Below, one piece after another: positions 26,878 to 32,000 of a DNA stretch of 32,000 bases (the stretch's first letter is position 1; every line of letters starts with the position of its first letter). The translations under genes were made by a program, and so were the position numbers. Source of the stretch: Geobacter sulfurreducens PCA (GTDB lineage: Bacteria > Desulfobacterota > Desulfuromonadia > Geobacterales > Geobacteraceae); NCBI RefSeq assembly GCF_000007985.2, contig NC_002939.5, positions 510,001 to 542,000 on the forward strand, written 5' to 3'. Under the pieces are notes generated by a model, which did not search any database, had not been told where the DNA came from, and saw nothing but the letters and a program-made list of their open reading frames with translations.

Positions 26878-27383
26878 AGTCAGATCCGAAACGACTTGCC
26901 GCTGAAATGGCGATCATTGTCGTCGTGGCCGCCATCATCGGCATAACCTGGAATTACCGGCTTCTGGCAGATGTCTTTCAGGGGCGCGCCGTGGGGGCGG
27001 GAACATCTGACCCTCCCCCGGCGGCGACCGTTGCATCGGCACCAATCCCTCTCCCTCTGGGACTCATGCAGGTGAAGGAGCTCTTTGACCGCAACGAGGC
27101 CCTCATCATCGACGCCAGGGATCGCGACTCTTATGGCGCCGGACATATCAGGGGCGCTGTCCTGCTCCCCCTTGGCGAGGCTGACCAACTTATCCCGCCA
27201 CTGGCGGCCAACACCCCCAAGGATCGCTTTCTGATCGTCTACTGCAACGGATACGACTGTCACGACAGCCGCGCTTTGGGGGAGAAACTCATCCGGGCGG
27301 GCTTTGGCCAGGTTTTCGTCTTTGAGGGAGGGTTCCCCGAATGGCGGGACGCAGGCTATCCGGTAGCTAGGGGAGGTGCGTGA
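26874..27383 (+). CDS. Membrane-anchored rhodanese-domain protein
   Basis: N-terminal TM (MAIIVVVAAIIGITW). Rhodanese core ALIIDARDRDSYGAGHIRGAVLLP ... LIVYCNGYDCHDSRALGEKL ... FEGGFPEWRDAGYPV. ATGA overlap with the DUF190 stop. Confidence 0.8.
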   Translation: MKSDPKRLAAEMAIIVVVAAIIGITWNYRLLADVFQGRAVGAGTSDPPPAATVASAPIPLPLGLMQVKELFDRNEALIIDARDRDSYGAGHIRGAVLLPLGEADQLIPPLAANTPKDRFLIVYCNGYDCHDSRALGEKLIRAGFGQVFVFEGGFPEWRDAGYPVARGGA

Positions 27384-27799
27384 TGGATGCGGTGAAACGT
27401 CACCTCACGGCACTGCTGCGGGTTGCTCTCGGCGTGGTCTTTCTCTACGCAGCTGTCATTAAGATAGCTAATCCTCCCGCCTTTGCCGGCAATGTGGCCG
27501 CCTACCAACTGCTCCCGTATGCCGGCAACTACCTGGTAGCAGCCATCCTGCCATGGATTGAGGCAATCTGCGGTTTGTTGCTCGTCACGGGCTGGAGAGC
27601 CCGCAGCGCCGCAGCCCTCGTGGCGGTCATGAACATCCTGTTTATCGTTCTGCTCATTTCCACCGTGGCCCGGGGGCTTGACATCGACTGCGGCTGCTTC
27701 CGCCAGGGGGGAGAGAAAACTTCTGCCTGGACGGCCATTTTCCGCGATATTATGTTGCTTGTTGCGGCCGTTTTCGTCTTTCGCAAAACAAAACAATGA
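27383..27799 (+). CDS. MauE/DoxX family membrane protein
   Basis: Four TM segments and a DIDCGCF motif typical of MauE/DoxX-like proteins. ATG 27383 lies 6 nt after GGGAGG and overlaps the rhodanese TGA by 1 nt (TGATG). The tracked start is GTG 27380. Confidence 0.75.
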   Translation: MDAVKRHLTALLRVALGVVFLYAAVIKIANPPAFAGNVAAYQLLPYAGNYLVAAILPWIEAICGLLLVTGWRARSAAALVAVMNILFIVLLISTVARGLDIDCGCFRQGGEKTSAWTAIFRDIMLLVAAVFVFRKTKQ

Positions 27800-27839
27800 A
27801 CAGTCCGCCATATTGCCGCATCCCGAAAATTGATGTAGG

Positions 27840-28457
27840 ATGCGTACGTTTCATGAACAGCTGGAGACCCGCGTGCTGAACGAGCTCATTCTTACCGCCG
27901 TCGCCTACATTGTCGGATCGATTCCCACGGGACTGCTCCTGGCCCGTGCCTCCGGCGTCGACATCCGCGCCACCGGCAGCGGAAACATCGGTGCCACCAA
28001 TGTTTACCGCACCCTTGGCCGTACCGTCGGCATCGCCACCCTGCTGGGCGACTGTCTTAAAGGACTTGTGCCGGTTCTCGTGGCGCGCAAGCTCGGCTTT
28101 GCCGATCCCTGGGTGGCCGCCGTCGGACTTGCCGCCTTTCTCGGCCATGTGTATACCATCTTTCTCGGCTTCAAGGGAGGGAAGGGAGTCGCCACGGCTC
28201 TGGGGGTTTTTCTTGGCGTTTCACCTCTGTCCGTACTCGGGGCGCTCGCCCTCTTCATCGGCATTGTCGCCACAACTCGCTACATCTCGCTCGGATCCAT
28301 CATCGCTGCTGCCGCCATGCCTTTATTTGTGGCCGCCGTGGAGCGACGCCCCCTCCTTGTGGGGATGACGCTTGTCATCGCGGTCATCGTCATCGTCAAG
28401 CACCGGGAGAACATACGCCGATTGCGCGAGGGAACCGAGAACCGTTTCAAGGCATGA
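27840..28457 (+). CDS. plsY: Glycerol-3-phosphate acyltransferase PlsY
   Basis: YIVGSIPTGLLLA...GSGNIGATNVYR...GDCLKG...GFKGGKGVAT motifs. The start is either ATG 27840 or, with the better SD (GGAGA), GTG 27873. Confidence 0.9.
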   Translation: MRTFHEQLETRVLNELILTAVAYIVGSIPTGLLLARASGVDIRATGSGNIGATNVYRTLGRTVGIATLLGDCLKGLVPVLVARKLGFADPWVAAVGLAAFLGHVYTIFLGFKGGKGVATALGVFLGVSPLSVLGALALFIGIVATTRYISLGSIIAAAAMPLFVAAVERRPLLVGMTLVIAVIVIVKHRENIRRLREGTENRFKA

Positions 28458-29476
28458 AAGTATCCGTCAACCTCCGCGACAGACGCCTCCTTGTGGTGGC
28501 GGCCCTGATCATCGCCAGTATCCTTGCCCCGTTGGTCCGTTATGGGCTCTTCCTCGCCGTGCCAGCCGGCAACGGGAAAAACGTCCGGATTCTCTCCTTC
28601 GAAAAGGGGGCCACCCCTCGGCGTATTGCCGGTGAGCTTGAGGCGGCCGGGCTGATCACCAGTGCCCGGCTGTTTGTATTCCATGCCCGTCTGCATGGAG
28701 AGGCCGAACGGCTCAAGGCCGGCGAATACCAATTCTCCGATGCCATGAAGCCCGCAGAAATTCTCCACAAGCTGGTGGCCGGCGAGGTCTATGCTCAACC
28801 TTTCGCCGTTCCCGAAGGATATTCCATGTACCAGGTCGCGGAATTGCTGGAAGGTAAAGGAATGTTCTCGCGGGAACGCTTCCTGGCTGCCGCTACTGAT
28901 CCGTCGTTTCTGGCCGAACTCGGCATCCAGAGCAGCAGTGTCGAGGGCTACCTCTACCCGAGCACCTATGCCGTTTCCCGATCCATGGACGAAAAGGATC
29001 TGATTCGGGTCATGGTATCCCAGTTCGACAAGATCTATGCGGCCGGATTCGCAGAGGAGGCGCGTCGCCGGGGGATATCGCGGCATCGAGTGGTGACCCT
29101 TGCCTCAATGATTGAAAAGGAGGCTGTTTCTCCGGCGGAACGCCCTCTGATCTCCTCGGTTTTCCACAATCGCTTGGCCAAGGGCATGCGCCTCCAGAGC
29201 GACCCCACTGCGGTCTATGGTGTGCGAGCCTTTGGCGGGAACGTGACCCGTCAAGATATCCTGCGGAATACCTCGCACAATACCTACCGCATCGCCGGAC
29301 TTCCGCCGGGCCCCATCGGTAATCCGGGACGCGACGCTCTGGCTGCCGCCCTCAATCCGGCCGCCACCCGCTATCTCTATTTCGTGGCCCGTAAGGACGG
29401 TACGCACCATTTTTCAGCCACGCTGGTGGAACATAACGCAGCAGTCCAACGATACTTGAAAGATCCCACCAAATGA
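28454..29476 (+). CDS. mltG: Endolytic murein transglycosylase MltG (YceG family)
   Basis: N-terminal TM followed by a YceG domain (EGYLYPSTY, LASMIEKEA, VFHNRL..GM.LQSDPT, YNTY...GLPPGPI.NPG). ATGA overlap with the plsY stop. Confidence 0.88.
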   Translation: MKVSVNLRDRRLLVVAALIIASILAPLVRYGLFLAVPAGNGKNVRILSFEKGATPRRIAGELEAAGLITSARLFVFHARLHGEAERLKAGEYQFSDAMKPAEILHKLVAGEVYAQPFAVPEGYSMYQVAELLEGKGMFSRERFLAAATDPSFLAELGIQSSSVEGYLYPSTYAVSRSMDEKDLIRVMVSQFDKIYAAGFAEEARRRGISRHRVVTLASMIEKEAVSPAERPLISSVFHNRLAKGMRLQSDPTAVYGVRAFGGNVTRQDILRNTSHNTYRIAGLPPGPIGNPGRDALAAALNPAATRYLYFVARKDGTHHFSATLVEHNAAVQRYLKDPTK

Positions 29477-29506
29477 AAAAAGCCCCGCCGTTAAGCGGGG
29501 CTTTTT
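29476..29506. terminator. Bidirectional rho-independent terminator between mltG and the convergent oxidoreductase
   Basis: AAAAAA, then GCCCCGC (29482-29488) / GCGGGGC (29495-29501), then TTTTT. It shares the AAAAAAGCCCCGCCG left half with the terminator at 13133. Confidence 0.85.
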
Positions 29507-29533
29507 GTTTCGAATACGATTGTTCGCCCGGAA

Positions 29534-32000
29534 TCAAGCTTTTTCCACCGTGACGGGAACAACTCCGCCGTCACGGGACAGAAGGGCGTTCACGTTCATG
29601 CCGCGGAAATGGCTGGGTGCGAAAAGCAGCCCCGGTTGAACCCGCGGCGTTATCTTCGCCGTTCCTTCAACCTTCACCGACCCGGCACTCAGCCGCACCT
29701 TACCTCCTTCGGCAATGCCGAGCTTTGCCGCATCGTTCGGATGAATCTCGATATATCCCTTGGGGATGATTTCCAGATTGTTTTTAGACCATGTGGTGGT
29801 CGTTCCGCTGTGATAGAGGATGGTGCCGACCAGAAGGGTCGTTGGTGATCCGGCAACCGCCCTGGCGGATACCGGCGCCAGGGCTAGGCCGCCCGAACGC
29901 GGCTGCGCGGTAATGGTGCCGCCGGTCCGGCCAACAGATGCATAGGCGGGAACGAGCGCCGCAACTTCGTCGAGCACGGCTGCGGGTGAATGTATGCGGC
30001 TCTCACCCGTCAGGCGATTGTACAGTTCGGTAAGGATGTCCCAGTCCTCACGGGCGTCGCCCGACGGAGCAACCGCCTTGGCAAGGGGTTGCACTCTGCC
30101 GTCAATGGTCGTGAATGTTCCGTTCTTCTCGGCGGCTACGGATGAAGGGAAGACCACGTGGGCCATTTTTGCGGCCTCACCAGGGAATGGGTCCTGGACA
30201 ATGAGGAGTTCCAACTTCTCCAGGGCCTTACGTATCCGCTCTCCTTCCGGAAACGATGCCACCGGGTCGCAGCCGAGGAGGTAGAGGGCCTTGACGCTTC
30301 CCTGCTCGATGCCTTCAATGATTTGCCAGAGATCCTTGCCGGCAGCGGCAGGAAGTTTTTTGCCCCACGCTTTCTCGAAGGTGGTGCCGTCTGTCTGATG
30401 ACCGGGGAAGTGGTCGGGAGCAACCCCCATATCGAGAAGACCGCGGATATTGGTCTTCTCATACACCGGGAAAAGCCCGCCGGTATCGCCTGCAGTGGCG
30501 CCAAGAATCAGTGCGAGGTTGATTAGAGCCTTCACCGCGTCGGTATTGCCGCCACGCATGAGTTCGGCGCCGAAGATGACGGCAACTCCCTTCTTGCCTC
30601 CGACAAGCCGCGCTGCTGCGCGCAGATCCGCTTCTGTGACGCCGGTCGCCGCGGCGGCATCGGCAATCGAGACTCCTGCCAGGGCCGCGGTCAGGTCGGA
30701 AAGATTGCTGATGTTCGCGCTGCAGAACTCCTTGTTTTCCAGGCCTTCTTCGAGAACAGCTTTGGTCAGGGCATTGATGAGAAGAGTTTCGTTTCCCGGC
30801 CGGTATTTAAGATGGCTGTTGGCGAACTTCTTGAGCTTAATGTCGCGCATGGCGGCAAGAACCAGCTTTGCATTGTTCTTTGTTGCTGCCTTGATGACCC
30901 GATACTCCATGCCGGTCGCCTCGGCGTTCAGGTCGCAGCCGACAACGAGAACAGCGGTAGCTCGGTCAATGGCATCAATGGTAGTGCTGGCACCGGCGAT
31001 GCCAAGCATTTCCCTCAGGACCTTCTGAGTCGCGGCAAAGCCGAGGCGCGCCTCCGAATCGATGTTGCCGGTGCCGATCGCCGAACGCATGAGCTTCTGG
31101 AAAAGGTAGTTATCTTCGTTGGTGACCCGGGGAGAACCGAATCCCGCGACGGCGTCGGCGCCATGGCTGGCCACGATCTGCTTGAGCGCTGTTGCTGCAG
31201 TTCCCATAGCCGTATTCCAATCGGCTTTCTGGCCTTTCACCATCGGCTCGGCAAGGCGATCCGGGGAATTGATGTAGCTGTAGCCGAAGCGGCCATTGAT
31301 GCAGAGGTTGCCGCTGTTGTAGGTCGAGTCGTCGCTGGTTACGCGTTCCACCCGACCGTTACGGCTGTGGTATTCGATCTGGCAGCCGGTAGCGCAGAAG
31401 GGACACACGCTCGGCGTTGTCGTGAAGGCCCAGGGGCGGCCGCGGAATTTGAACGGCTTGCTGATAAGAGTGCCGGTGGGGCAGGCGGCCACACAGTTGC
31501 CGCAGAATTCGCAGTTGAGAGGGTTGCCGTCCACCGTATCGATAATGGTGGCTTCACCCCTGTTGACTACCCTGATGGCGTTGCAGCCGACAATTTCATG
31601 GTCGACCTTGACGCATTTCTCGCAGAGGATGCAACGGTTAGGATCGCTCTCAATCAGGGGCCAGTCGTAACGGATTTTGCGACGCTCAAGCACGGCGCCG
31701 TATTCCTGTTTTGCAGCGCCGAGGCCATAGCAGGCATTCTGGAGATCGCATTCACCGCCTGCATCACAGACGGGACAGTCGAGGGGGTGGTTCACCAGCA
31801 TCAGTTCCATGATCTTCTGGCGAATCCTCGATAGTTTCTCCGACTGGGTCGTTACCTTGATCCCGTCTTTGACCGGCGTGTTGCAGGCCGTCATGGGCCG
31901 GTCGACCCCTTCGATCTCAACCGCGCAGACGCGGCAGGCACCGGTAGGCGACACCTTCTTGAGCCAGCAGAGGGTCGGTATCGTGATCCCGAGGAGCGCC
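29534..32000 (-). CDS. NuoG / formate-dehydrogenase-alpha-like Fe-S molybdopterin-domain oxidoreductase (SfrA-like), N-terminus outside the window
   Basis: The reading frame stays open to base 32000; the minus-strand translation of the last bases continues ...ALLGITIPTLCWLKKVSPTGACRVCAVEIEG, a 2Fe-2S ferredoxin motif. Next come HPLDCPVCDAGGECDLQ, two CxxCxxCxxxCP clusters and CPFCATGC, then a molybdopterin-oxidoreductase-like domain. From memory the context resembles Geobacter sfrA, with sfrB upstream. This is unverified. Confidence 0.8.
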   Translation of the reverse strand, partial: ALLGITIPTLCWLKKVSPTGACRVCAVEIEGVDRPMTACNTPVKDGIKVTTQSEKLSRIRQKIMELMLVNHPLDCPVCDAGGECDLQNACYGLGAAKQEYGAVLERRKIRYDWPLIESDPNRCILCEKCVKVDHEIVGCNAIRVVNRGEATIIDTVDGNPLNCEFCGNCVAACPTGTLISKPFKFRGRPWAFTTTPSVCPFCATGCQIEYHSRNGRVERVTSDDSTYNSGNLCINGRFGYSYINSPDRLAEPMVKGQKADWNTAMGTAATALKQIVASHGADAVAGFGSPRVTNEDNYLFQKLMRSAIGTGNIDSEARLGFAATQKVLREMLGIAGASTTIDAIDRATAVLVVGCDLNAEATGMEYRVIKAATKNNAKLVLAAMRDIKLKKFANSHLKYRPGNETLLINALTKAVLEEGLENKEFCSANISNLSDLTAALAGVSIADAAAATGVTEADLRAAARLVGGKKGVAVIFGAELMRGGNTDAVKALINLALILGATAGDTGGLFPVYEKTNIRGLLDMGVAPDHFPGHQTDGTTFEKAWGKKLPAAAGKDLWQIIEGIEQGSVKALYLLGCDPVASFPEGERIRKALEKLELLIVQDPFPGEAAKMAHVVFPSSVAAEKNGTFTTIDGRVQPLAKAVAPSGDAREDWDILTELYNRLTGESRIHSPAAVLDEVAALVPAYASVGRTGGTITAQPRSGGLALAPVSARAVAGSPTTLLVGTILYHSGTTTTWSKNNLEIIPKGYIEIHPNDAAKLGIAEGGKVRLSAGSVKVEGTAKITPRVQPGLLFAPSHFRGMNVNALLSRDGGVVPVTVEKA

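Overview
High-GC, gene-dense chromosomal window of about 35 protein-coding genes. No rRNA, tRNA, CRISPR array, transposase or prophage signal was seen. The content is mostly housekeeping and looks like a Geobacter-type (Desulfuromonadales) genome. The gene order matches my memory of the Geobacter sulfurreducens ato / ndh / typA / sfrA neighbourhood, but that is unverified recollection, not something the sequence proves.

Genes, left to right:
- HAD hydrolase 3' end, ferritin-like diiron protein, aspartate ammonia-lyase, Nfu-type NifU domain protein, and a 66-aa orphan.
- ClsB-like phospholipase D / cardiolipin synthase, then queC and folE2.
- DUF2064 protein, convergent with ilvA. A His-tailed CDF metal exporter lies directly upstream of ilvA on the same (minus) strand.
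- trxB and a ComM/YifB-type ATPase.
- A succinyl:acetate-type CoA-transferase behind an AT-rich control region.
- DEAD-box helicase with a long leader, then a Xer-type recombinase.
- NDH-2 overlapping a DUF362/4Fe-4S protein.
- MacA / MacB-ATPase / MacB-permease efflux operon, followed by a small unlisted 2-TM ORF.
- M23 peptidase with a small upstream ORF, then typA/bipA.
- A co-directional array with very short or overlapping junctions: bamD, lipoprotein, crcB, DUF190, rhodanese, MauE/DoxX, plsY, mltG.
- The 3' part of a NuoG / formate-dehydrogenase-like Fe-S molybdopterin oxidoreductase (SfrA-like), running off the window end.

No defence island or mobile element is evident. Most worth following up:
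1. A self-contained promoter / Shine-Dalgarno / 24-codon ORF / terminator unit just upstream of the MacAB-type pump. It could be a leader-peptide attenuator or a small RNA.
2. Three co-oriented DnaA boxes within 40 bp, away from any dnaA or oriC context.
3. A translationally coupled crcB-DUF190-rhodanese-MauE/DoxX cassette with no fluoride riboswitch.
4. An intrinsic-terminator-like hairpin inside the typA leader.
5. Several small unlisted membrane ORFs.

All promoter, terminator and structure calls come from reading the sequence by eye. No folding or database search was run.
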